From Escherichia phage naswa: DNA of 64,000 bases. Location: the sequence record MN850595.1; one strand, given 5' to 3'. A model generated the notes under the pieces. The model was not told the DNA's origin. It worked only from the letters and a program-made list of their open reading frames with translations, and made no database searches. Below are positions 37,042 through 44,399 of the stretch, piece after piece (position 1 is the stretch's first letter; every line of letters starts with the position of its first letter). A program made the translations under genes and the position numbers.

Positions 37042-37665
37042 ATGACCACCGTTAACATTACTACAGGTTACAATTTATCTTTCGACGTGCTGACCGACGA
37101 ACAAAAAGAAAAAGCCGTTGAAATGGTCCGCGAAAGAGAAGAACACAGCGGGGATAATTTTTTTGCAGAAAGTGTAATTGAATACTATAAAGAATATGTT
37201 TTTCCAGAGTATGGCCTTGAAGATACCGAAGTACATTGGTCAGGCTTTTGGTGCCAGGGTGACGGCGCGTCAATCAGTGCGGAAAACGTGGATTTAGAAA
37301 AATTCTTGCGTAAAGTAAAGGCCCTGACCAAGTTCCGATCAATTCGTCACTTGTTCGGCACAATGCACGATGGCGAGCTATCCGCAAGTGTTGAGCGTGA
37401 TCCATATAGCCGCTATAGTCACGAAAACACTGTAAGCGGGTACATCGATACTACATGGCTAGACCTGACCGCCAAACAAGAAAATAAAGTGGAAGATCTG
37501 GAAGAGCTGATCACCGAGACGGTACGGGAGCTATCCCGCAAGGTTTACGTAGACCTGGAGGAGGCCTATCTTGAGCAATTTACCGCCGAAAACTTGATCG
37601 GCCTTATCGAGGCAAATGATTGGCGGTTTGATGTGGATGAGCATGGCGAGATGAGTTTTTCATAA
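37042..37665 (+). CDS. hypothetical protein
   Basis: Track ORF 207 aa; TAGGAGAA SD. Confidence 0.55.
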   Translation: MTTVNITTGYNLSFDVLTDEQKEKAVEMVREREEHSGDNFFAESVIEYYKEYVFPEYGLEDTEVHWSGFWCQGDGASISAENVDLEKFLRKVKALTKFRSIRHLFGTMHDGELSASVERDPYSRYSHENTVSGYIDTTWLDLTAKQENKVEDLEELITETVRELSRKVYVDLEEAYLEQFTAENLIGLIEANDWRFDVDEHGEMSFS

Positions 37666-37672
37666 ATAAAGT

Positions 37673-37700
37673 GTTGCAATAATCTAAAAACCTGCTATAT
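37673..37700 (+). promoter_or_regulatory. sigma70-like promoter (TTGCAA-N16-TATATT) with leader hairpin
   Basis: Followed by GGGGCAAG-ACG-TTTGCCCC stem-loop. Confidence 0.45.
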
Positions 37701-37754
37701 TAAAACTCAAGGGGCAAGACGTTTGCCCCCACACAAAACAAAGAGGAAAACATC

Positions 37755-38135
37755 ATGAAAAACACTACTAAAGCTATTGACACCGTCATGTTTAACCTGG
37801 TTACATTCCGTGAAGATATGAAAGATCTTCCTCGTGAAACAGTGTGCGACCATATCGAAAACTATCGCAAACTAATCAAAGAGTTGCCTTTAAAACGTGA
37901 TCAATATGCGGCTAACGCCATGCTTAATGCCATGATCAAAAAGATGATCCAGTGTGATTTAACCCTGGCCTATGATTATGCAGGCGGTCGTTTTGCAGTA
38001 TACAATCAGCCCGTGCCCGGTATGAGCACCACCGAAGAATTGCACGCGCTCAATCTAAAACAAGACGTGTGGGATAGTATGCCTCGCGTGGTGGTATGGG
38101 TAGAAAGCGGAAAGATTTACGGCGATAATTTTTAA
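37755..38135 (+). CDS. hypothetical protein
   Basis: Track ORF 126 aa; AAGAGGAAAA SD. Confidence 0.5.
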   Translation: MKNTTKAIDTVMFNLVTFREDMKDLPRETVCDHIENYRKLIKELPLKRDQYAANAMLNAMIKKMIQCDLTLAYDYAGGRFAVYNQPVPGMSTTEELHALNLKQDVWDSMPRVVVWVESGKIYGDNF

Positions 38136-38199
38136 TCAGGTAGCAGGCGGCATATTTGCCGCCTTATTGTTAATCAGAACTGTAAAAGAGGTACATAGA

Positions 38200-38571
38200 A
38201 TGGAATTTATTATTTTGGCTGTATTTGTTGCCTTGTTCAACGCCTGGATCGCTGGCAAGATGGGTAGATCCGCCTTTTTATGGTTTATTATATCTATTTT
38301 CCTGGGGGTGGTTGCAACTATTGTACTTGTTATCCTTGCAATTGTTGACAAGGGGAATAATAGAAAGGGTAAAGTATTTTCAGACCTGTACGACGCTCAA
38401 ACGTTTGTCAACGCCTATTATAGTGATCTTCCAGTCTCCCTACGCTGCAGCCTGGCACAACAAGTTTTCGATGAGGCTAAAACCAGAGATCAAGCCCATG
38501 AGATATGTTTAACTGAGGCGGATCGCCTATTTGAGAGGAATAGAAAATATGTGGGCCAACCGTTTAAATAA
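38200..38571 (+). CDS. membrane protein (two predicted TM helices)
   Basis: Start moved to ATG 38200 behind AAAGAGG; 'FIILAVFVALF' and 'WFIISIFLGVVATIVLVILAIV'. Confidence 0.5.
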   Translation: MEFIILAVFVALFNAWIAGKMGRSAFLWFIISIFLGVVATIVLVILAIVDKGNNRKGKVFSDLYDAQTFVNAYYSDLPVSLRCSLAQQVFDEAKTRDQAHEICLTEADRLFERNRKYVGQPFK

Positions 38572-38770
38572 TGCCACATTAATTAATCCCTTTAGTGAAG
38601 ATTTGAAGCCAGCCGCCTGGCGTGATGGATTCAATAACGAACGCTTTATTTTCAAGCCTGATCTTGAGGAATTTTATAACAATGGATCGAACAACGACAG
38701 AGATAATTTTTCTTGTGGTGTGCGTAGTGATGGTACTCCTGGGGGCCATTGTAAACCACGTCACTACTAA
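38549..38770 (+). CDS. hypothetical protein
   Basis: Start moved to ATG 38549 behind GAGAGGAA. Confidence 0.35.
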   Translation: MWANRLNNATLINPFSEDLKPAAWRDGFNNERFIFKPDLEEFYNNGSNNDRDNFSCGVRSDGTPGGHCKPRHY

Positions 38771-38913
38771 CAGGGGGAAAGGGGGAGACGATGACACCCA
38801 AGGATAAGCCCCGCACCGATAAGGCGCGCCGTGTTATGGTATGGCTTGAGATCATCGCCCTTGAAATATTGTTAGGGGTAGGGATGTACTTTATCGCTGT
38901 AAGTAACTAAGAA

Positions 38914-38945
38914 CGGCCCCCCGATCATGGGGGCCTATCTTTTAA
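38914..38945 (+). terminator. rho-independent terminator
   Basis: GGCCCCCC-GATCAT-GGGGGCC hairpin then TATCTTTT. Confidence 0.5.
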
Positions 38946-38951
38946 AAAAAT

Positions 38952-38991
38952 TCTTCCGGGGTGTTGCAATCCGGTCCGGAATGTGGATAAT
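38952..38991 (+). promoter_or_regulatory. sigma70-like promoter (TTGCAA-N16-GATAAT) with -35 bracketed by TTCCGG/CCGGAA
   Basis: Hexamers and palindrome read directly. Confidence 0.4.
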
Positions 38992-39047
38992 AACAATCAA
39001 CGGGGAGCTAATCCCCACCACCACAAAAACCAGAAAGGAGAAACAAA

Positions 39048-39248
39048 ATGAGCAACAATATCCGCGTTATTAACTTCAAAAAAGAAGAAAAAATTGCCGT
39101 GCTGATTGACGGTCAAGAAATCTTCAAGGGCGACTATGAAGATCATCAAACGGCGATTAGTATCACTCGCGTGATTGGTTACCATAATTTTTACCCCCAA
39201 GGCGCTGAGGCAGCGGTTAAACGAATCAAAGAGATTGTAGGCCTGTAA
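39048..39248 (+). CDS. hypothetical protein
   Basis: Track ORF 66 aa; AAAGGAGAAA SD. Confidence 0.5.
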   Translation: MSNNIRVINFKKEEKIAVLIDGQEIFKGDYEDHQTAISITRVIGYHNFYPQGAEAAVKRIKEIVGL

Positions 39249-39250
39249 AA

Positions 39251-39295
39251 TTTATTTTTAGATGGCCTTGACTCCAGGGCCATCAATAAAGTAAA
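39251..39295 (+). promoter_or_regulatory. repeated promoter/operator element (copy 3, TTGACT variant)
   Basis: 'TTTATTTTTAGATGGCCTTGACTCCAGGGCCATCAATAAAGTAAA'. Confidence 0.5.
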
Positions 39296-39333
39296 TTTAA
39301 ACCCTGTTAAAAATACCACGCAGTTAACAAGGA

Positions 39334-39642
39334 GTGATAGACATGTTTATCCAGGCTAATAATCTTTATTTCTTTGATGGTCAGATCGTAGACGGCGTGG
39401 AGGTGGAAATCACCGGGTGCCCTGGCGGTCAGGTTATGACTTTTCGGAATAATGCCTTTGATGATTCTCATATCGTTATGAGAATGGAAGTTAGTAAGCT
39501 GGATGACAAGAAAACACTTATCGACTATTCCGTCAAAGATCATCCAGACTACCACATGATCTATGGTGATTTGTGCATTGTTGACCGTGACAAGGTTGGC
39601 GGCATTGTGATCGCTATTGTGAACGATGTTTTCTCAAACTAA
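39334..39642 (+). CDS. hypothetical protein
   Basis: Track ORF 102 aa; AAGGAG SD. Confidence 0.5.
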   Translation: MIDMFIQANNLYFFDGQIVDGVEVEITGCPGGQVMTFRNNAFDDSHIVMRMEVSKLDDKKTLIDYSVKDHPDYHMIYGDLCIVDRDKVGGIVIAIVNDVFSN

Positions 39643-39659
39643 TTTCAGCAGGTAATTTT

Positions 39660-40010
39660 ATGAAAGTAAAACTATATTACCTTAATGAGCTTAACCCCCT
39701 TGCCCAGGTCCGCGCCCTGGCTAATACCTTGATTTGTGAGAAATCTGTATATTGTGTTGAGCTTAACGCCATGCGTGAACGTCTCAAAGGTGGTTACTTT
39801 GACATCCATGCTGCAATCAACGGCCTGAATATAGAATTTATCCGCTTACGTAACAGCCGCCAGAATCTGGCAAGAATGGAACAAGATCCGGCCCACCTTC
39901 GTAAGCTGGTTATTGAAAATCATCTGATGTTTAATGCCGATGGTGATTATTACCATTTTCACCGTAAACGCTGGTACCGTAGCGGCAATATAGGAAAGAA
40001 TGCAAAATAA
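39660..40010 (+). CDS. hypothetical protein
   Basis: Track ORF 116 aa. Confidence 0.5.
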   Translation: MKVKLYYLNELNPLAQVRALANTLICEKSVYCVELNAMRERLKGGYFDIHAAINGLNIEFIRLRNSRQNLARMEQDPAHLRKLVIENHLMFNADGDYYHFHRKRWYRSGNIGKNAK

Positions 40011-40044
40011 GGCCCCTGGCAGGGCCTGCAGCGATATAATCACA

Positions 40045-40078
40045 TAAAGGCTATGCGGTTGCATAGCCTTTATTATTT
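40045..40078 (+). terminator. rho-independent terminator
   Basis: AAAGGCTATGC-GGTT-GCATAGCCTTT hairpin then ATTATTTT. Confidence 0.6.
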
Positions 40079-40216
40079 TGGCGTTACAGCGGCCCCCAAG
40101 GCGCTTAAAAAATTTTTAAAGAAGTACTTGCATCAAGTCCTACAATATGGATAATAAAGGGTGTCGGGGGGCGGTGAGGCCTCCAATCATTAACCGGATA
40201 GATAGGAGTTAAAACC

Positions 40217-40501
40217 ATGGCTATTGTTACCGTTGGCGATGTAGTGGAAATGGAAGCAAAATACTTAAAAGCGGGTATGCATATCCTACGCAACGATCTT
40301 GAACTAGTCCTGACAATGGTTGACTATAACCCAGGGCAAGATTATCCAAGCATCGACTACTTTTTTGAGTATGTTGATGAAGAGTTGAAAGAGGATGAGG
40401 CCTATTGCGGTGAGTTCTGCAATTTCTTTTGTCCTGATGAGGTTGTAAAGGTTATCTATCAACCTGGCGTACCTTTCCCGCTGCACGCTATCAATAAATA
40501 A
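40217..40501 (+). CDS. hypothetical protein
   Basis: Track ORF 94 aa; TAGGAG SD. Confidence 0.5.
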   Translation: MAIVTVGDVVEMEAKYLKAGMHILRNDLELVLTMVDYNPGQDYPSIDYFFEYVDEELKEDEAYCGEFCNFFCPDEVVKVIYQPGVPFPLHAINK

Positions 40502-40564
40502 ACCTGGTGGGGCCGAAAAGGCCCCCTCCTGAAACTATGAAAAAATAAAGAGAGGTAAATCATC

Positions 40565-40798
40565 ATGATGGAACAAATTAAACGCGCTGAGTCTATTAAT
40601 GGCAATGTGATCTATTTTGTCAGCAAAAACGAAAAAGGCGTACCATATGCGGCGGTAATAGTACAACCTGACGGCGATTATTGGTTTACTGTATACGGAT
40701 CTTATTCTTTCGGGCGTCCGGTTCATGATAGAATTTTGAAAGTAGCAAATCCGACCGGGAAAAATATCACAGCAGAAAAATTTTTTGAAAATAGTTGA
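40565..40798 (+). CDS. hypothetical protein
   Basis: Track ORF 77 aa; AGAGAGG SD. Confidence 0.5.
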   Translation: MMEQIKRAESINGNVIYFVSKNEKGVPYAAVIVQPDGDYWFTVYGSYSFGRPVHDRILKVANPTGKNITAEKFFENS

Positions 40799-40822
40799 CA
40801 TGACCATATAAGACTGTAATAT
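40795..40822 (+). promoter_or_regulatory. sigma70-like promoter (TTGACA-N16-TAATAT) with leader hairpin
   Basis: Followed by GGGGGGCAAC-AA-GCCCCACC and CCACAAAGAGGA leader. Confidence 0.5.
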
Positions 40823-40874
40823 ATAAATCAAAGGGGGGCAACAAGCCCCACCAACCACAAAGAGGATAAAAATC

Positions 40875-41054
40875 ATGGCTATTATTGCAAAGACTGAGAT
40901 CGTAGGCTTAGATTCTATTCTCCTCGCATATGAGGAAGCTATAGAAATGTATGTGGTTTCCTATGGTGAGTATATTCGTGAATATAAATCTATTGATCTG
41001 GCTTTTGAATGTTATATTCGCCAGGTAAATAAAGCATATGATGATTATCGTTAA
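40875..41054 (+). CDS. hypothetical small protein (59 aa)
   Basis: ATG 40875 behind AAGAGGA; below track cutoff; translated by eye. Confidence 0.4.
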   Translation: MAIIAKTEIVGLDSILLAYEEAIEMYVVSYGEYIREYKSIDLAFECYIRQVNKAYDDYR

Positions 41055-41060
41055 AATAGT

Positions 41061-41088
41061 TTGACAACAATTACAAATCGGGTAGAAT
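41061..41088 (+). promoter_or_regulatory. sigma70-like promoter (TTGACA-N16-TAGAAT)
   Basis: Followed by 'TGTATTTCGTAGGGCGG' leader (also at 41581) and GGCGGCA-ATGA-TGCCGC hairpin. Confidence 0.5.
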
Positions 41089-41139
41089 GTATTTCGTAGG
41101 GCGGCAATGATGCCGCTCACAACTAAAAGAGAGATCATC

Positions 41140-41334
41140 ATGGCGCTTAAAAAACTAACAAGCAATACTCGTTGGGATGAAATCGACGGGGAAGTTTACA
41201 TTTTTGCCCGTAAACCAGGGGATCAAAAATGGTCAAAGGCTTTTACTTGCCATCCTGCAACAATAGATCTGATAAAAAGTCAAGGACTACGTGAAGCAGT
41301 AGCAAGAAGTTTACTGATCCCTTGTAAAAATTAG
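41140..41334 (+). CDS. hypothetical small protein
   Basis: Start moved to ATG 41140 behind AAAGAGAG. Confidence 0.45.
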   Translation: MALKKLTSNTRWDEIDGEVYIFARKPGDQKWSKAFTCHPATIDLIKSQGLREAVARSLLIPCKN

Positions 41335-41345
41335 TTTGACAACAG

Positions 41346-41373
41346 TCAACAATCTGGTAAAGTGTACTACATA
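41346..41373 (+). promoter_or_regulatory. sigma70-like promoter (TTGACA-N16-TAAAGT)
   Basis: Followed by GCGGGAA-TACT-TCCCGC hairpin and 'CCATTAATGAGGGTA' leader. Confidence 0.5.
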
Positions 41374-41411
41374 GCGCGGGAATACTTCCCGCCATTAATG
41401 AGGGTAATTTA

Positions 41412-41549
41412 ATGAAAACTTTCAACGCAACAGCCTCGACAATTGGTTATATTATTACAGTACAAGCCGTGGATCTGGTAGCAGCAGCAAACAAGATTAA
41501 AAAGATGATTCCGCCAGGTAGTGAATTTTCCGTTTGGGAAGTAAAATAA
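41412..41549 (+). CDS. hypothetical small protein (45 aa)
   Basis: ATG 41412 behind GAGGGTAA; below track cutoff. Confidence 0.35.
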   Translation: MKTFNATASTIGYIITVQAVDLVAAANKIKKMIPPGSEFSVWEVK

Positions 41550-41552
41550 ATC

Positions 41553-41580
41553 TTGACAATAGTTTATTACTTGATAGACT
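41553..41580 (+). promoter_or_regulatory. sigma70-like promoter (TTGACA-N16-TAGACT)
   Basis: Followed by 'TGTATTTCGTAGGGCGG', hairpin and 'CCATTAATGAGGGTA' leader. Confidence 0.5.
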
Positions 41581-41632
41581 GTATTTCGTAGGGCGGGGCA
41601 ATAAGGCAACGCCCATTAATGAGGGTAGAATC

Positions 41633-41737
41633 ATGTTAGAGAAAATTTTCACGGTTGTAGTAGTTGGCCTGGCATTATCGGTTGGAGTGGTTGCAACTAT
41701 GGCTAACATGATCCTATCTTCCCACGGTATCGGTTAA
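41633..41737 (+). CDS. small hydrophobic peptide (34 aa)
   Basis: ATG 41633 behind GAGGGTAG; 'FTVVVVGLALSVGVVATMANMIL' single TM-like segment. Confidence 0.35.
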   Translation: MLEKIFTVVVVGLALSVGVVATMANMILSSHGIG

Positions 41738-41738
41738 G

Positions 41739-41963
41739 GTGAATCAAATGATCACGAATAAGACAGGTAAAACAGAATTTTTACGCGGCTTGCAAATAGG
41801 TAAGCCTGAGATCTGGCATTGCACTAAAACACCACGTGACGAAATGAAAGACTTCACCGCCACGCTGCAACGGGTAAAGATATCCATCACGCAGAAAAAG
41901 GCCTTGATAGTGGTGGAAGGTGAGATCCCTCAAACCGTTGTTATAGTTGAGCGTACAGCATAG
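41739..41963 (+). CDS. hypothetical protein
   Basis: Track ORF 74 aa. Confidence 0.4.
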   Translation: MNQMITNKTGKTEFLRGLQIGKPEIWHCTKTPRDEMKDFTATLQRVKISITQKKALIVVEGEIPQTVVIVERTA

Positions 41964-42054
41964 TTTAATTTATAGCGATACCTGAAAATTAACCAATAAA
42001 TCATAAACAGGCGGTTACCGCCGCCTTAAACGTAGCAGAAAGAGGCTAGACACA

Positions 42055-42339
42055 ATGAAAAAGATGATCGCAGTAGTTGCCCTGGTTGTTGGACTTAATG
42101 CGCCTGTAATGGCTAAAGAGCTGGCAAAAGAGGTTAATCTAACGGATATCCATGCCGTCAATAAAATCGGGGTTACTTATCGCTTATGCCTTGCCGCTAA
42201 AACTTTTAATGACGGCACAACAGAGTACTACGGATTCGAGGGTATCCGGTGCGGTGAGCTTGCTCGCGACCTTAAGGAAGATCCAGACCTGGAAGATCTG
42301 CCCATCACCGTAAACGGTAAAGCTTACGTAAACCGTTAA
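42055..42339 (+). CDS. secreted small protein
   Basis: 94 aa; signal-peptide-like 'MKKMIAVVALVVGLNAPVMA'; leader hairpin GGCGG-TTA-CCGCC upstream. Confidence 0.5.
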   Translation: MKKMIAVVALVVGLNAPVMAKELAKEVNLTDIHAVNKIGVTYRLCLAAKTFNDGTTEYYGFEGIRCGELARDLKEDPDLEDLPITVNGKAYVNR

Positions 42340-42488
42340 CCGTGAAAAAGATAATCATTACCTTGGGGATTGTGGCGGGATCGCTGGCGCTCTTTCCCCT
42401 TATGGTTAGATATGTGCTGATCAGTATTGTCCTGGTGGTCAGTGATCTACTAGAAACGGTTGGCACCTTGTTTTAAAGAGCGATAAAA

Positions 42489-42680
42489 ATGAATGTTGAA
42501 CAAGTTAGAAAGGTATTGGCGGTACTGCGTTATCATAATCATAGAAAGGTCATAGACGATCCTGATTATGTTGATTCAAGTCTGGAAGAGGATACACTAC
42601 AAGCCATAAGTAACATGCAAGAATTGCTAAAGCGCATGACAGAGAAAAACCGACCGGACTACATAGGCGAAAAAATATAA
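42489..42680 (+). CDS. hypothetical protein
   Basis: Track ORF 63 aa. Confidence 0.45.
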   Translation: MNVEQVRKVLAVLRYHNHRKVIDDPDYVDSSLEEDTLQAISNMQELLKRMTEKNRPDYIGEKI

Positions 42681-42695
42681 TCCTTATTAACTAGA

Positions 42696-42726
42696 AAACA
42701 GGGCTTGCAATGGTCCTGTTTTTTGT
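42696..42726 (+). terminator. rho-independent terminator
   Basis: AACAGG-GCTTGCAATGGT-CCTGTT hairpin then TTTTGTT. Confidence 0.45.
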
Positions 42727-42737
42727 TATACTTATTA

Positions 42738-42787
42738 CACGGCAGGCACCTGGCGACGGGGGGAGACAATCACCGGGCCTGCCTGTC
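42738..42787. repeat. GC-rich imperfect-palindrome element (inverted copy)
   Basis: Reverse complement carries 'GGCAGGCCCGGTGATTGTCTCCCCCCGTC..CAGGTGCCTGCC', matching the two copies at 33168-33349. Confidence 0.5.
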
Positions 42788-42808
42788 ATATAAGAACTAT
42801 AAAAACCG

Positions 42809-42837
42809 TTGACATCTGCCAGGTGGTGGGGTAACAT
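42809..42837 (+). promoter_or_regulatory. sigma70-like promoter (TTGACA-N17-TAACAT) with leader hairpin
   Basis: Followed by GGGGCAAAAGTGCCC-like hairpin and ACACAACAACCAGAAGAGAGG leader. Confidence 0.45.
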
Positions 42838-42891
42838 TTATCTTGAAGGGGCAAAAGTGCCCACACAACAACCAGAAGAGAGGAAAACATT

Positions 42892-43164
42892 ATGTCAAGC
42901 TGGATTAATCAAGAAGTCGAATCACGTTTTAATGCTATTTGGGATCTCATCGAAAAAGAGGACGGAACATCAAGCCCTTATCTCAATAATCTTGAATTCC
43001 ATTTCGTGGAAGCGATGAACGCAGAACATGATCACGAAGGTGGTGCGGATGAGTTCGCTAAAGGGTATGGCTTCAACAATGCCAACGAAATGATCGAGGC
43101 GGTTGTACTCCAGGCTGAGGAAGATTATCAATTAAAAACGCTTGAATTCTGCCGCCGTAAGTAA
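42892..43164 (+). CDS. hypothetical protein
   Basis: Track ORF 90 aa. Confidence 0.5.
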   Translation: MSSWINQEVESRFNAIWDLIEKEDGTSSPYLNNLEFHFVEAMNAEHDHEGGADEFAKGYGFNNANEMIEAVVLQAEEDYQLKTLEFCRRK

Positions 43165-43224
43165 TAAGATAATGACACGGGCCAAAAGGCCCACTAATCA
43201 GAACCACACAAAGAGAGAAAGAAA

Positions 43225-43443
43225 ATGACAACCCGTAAAATTAAAGTTGTTTGCATTGAATCGACTGGGGGCGCTTTTGTAGTTGGTCAGGAATATAATG
43301 CGGTTTTAATGGGTACGGATTGGAAGGTTAAAGGCCTTAATGGTTACGAGTACGGCACTACTTGCGGCTTGCGTGGTCGAATCGGATACGTGAGTTTAGA
43401 CAATAAAGAAAAATTTGTTTTCGACACCGTTGTGAGTAAATAG
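43225..43443 (+). CDS. hypothetical protein
   Basis: Track ORF 72 aa; leader hairpin GGGCC-AAAA-GGCCC upstream. Confidence 0.5.
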   Translation: MTTRKIKVVCIESTGGAFVVGQEYNAVLMGTDWKVKGLNGYEYGTTCGLRGRIGYVSLDNKEKFVFDTVVSK

Positions 43444-43521
43444 CATGAATTGCTAAAGACTGATCTGCGAACTGCTGTATTATCAACTAATCAAAACGAA
43501 CCGCATAAAGAGGAAAACATC

Positions 43522-43785
43522 ATGAAACGTCTGGATCAGCTTAAATTAGTTCAGTACATGGCCTACAGAATTCTTGAAGTCCAAAAAGGTAGCAAAAAAG
43601 AGGTTTGCGAGAAAGCTTATAAGATCTTTACTCGCAAAAAAGATGACTGGATGCTACGCCAGACCAAAAAATCCGATATCCTGGGGTACCTGGAAGAAGA
43701 GATCCGGCTTGAAGAACAAGAAGAGATCCGCCGCAGTGAGGCAGATTATCAGGCAGCTTGGGAAAACTGGATGAGCAACAAATAA
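43522..43785 (+). CDS. hypothetical protein
   Basis: Start moved to ATG 43522 behind AAGAGGAAAACATC leader. Confidence 0.45.
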   Translation: MKRLDQLKLVQYMAYRILEVQKGSKKEVCEKAYKIFTRKKDDWMLRQTKKSDILGYLEEEIRLEEQEEIRRSEADYQAAWENWMSNK

Positions 43786-43842
43786 TACAACAAGTTACGG
43801 TCAGGGGGGTAATAAAGCCCCTTGATCACATAAAAATTATGC

Positions 43843-43880
43843 TATCCCTGGTTGACAGGGATCGGCAGTTTTGCTATATT
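43843..43880 (+). promoter_or_regulatory. sigma70-like promoter (TTGACA-N17-TATATT) with -35 inside palindrome ATCCCTGG-TTGACA-GGGAT
   Basis: Hexamers and palindrome read directly. Confidence 0.5.
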
Positions 43881-43929
43881 CTTTTTTGAAGGGGAGTTGT
43901 AAGAAAATTAACTAAGAGGTAAAAACACC

Positions 43930-44349
43930 ATGAACATTAAATCTAATAATCCGGCATATAGCTTTGATAACGCTTTTTGTCACGGTCCGGCGGCGAAAGG
44001 ATTCGAAATCGATGGTAAACTAATTATTGTCAATGTTGACGGGGAAGAGGTTGCAGTATATCCGGTGGCAGACGTTAAAAGCCGTCTACAATGCCGCATG
44101 GATGTTACCGCCTATCAGCTTGATCCGGTCCGCATAGTTGCCCTGGTCCTGGAAGAAGAAATTAAAGCCATGCACCATAGCAACAGATTTATTGGTGACG
44201 CGCAGGATAATATGAAAGTATGCCGCCATAAAGTTAATGAAGTGCTTAAAGAGTACGGCTATAAAGATCTTATGATCAAACGCGAGGAAAAATTCCGCTA
44301 CCGTAACGACCTGGCAAATCGGATTTTTGAAATATACGAATCATTATAA
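43930..44349 (+). CDS. hypothetical protein
   Basis: Track ORF 139 aa; last gene of plus-strand arm. Confidence 0.5.
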   Translation: MNIKSNNPAYSFDNAFCHGPAAKGFEIDGKLIIVNVDGEEVAVYPVADVKSRLQCRMDVTAYQLDPVRIVALVLEEEIKAMHHSNRFIGDAQDNMKVCRHKVNEVLKEYGYKDLMIKREEKFRYRNDLANRIFEIYESL

Positions 44350-44367
44350 TTTTTTAACTGAATTATC

Positions 44368-44393
44368 AAGGGGCTTAGGCCCCTTTCTTTTTG
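44368..44393 (+). terminator. rho-independent terminator
   Basis: AAGGGGC-TTAG-GCCCCTT hairpin then TCTTTTTG. Confidence 0.6.
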
Positions 44394-44399
44394 TCTGCT

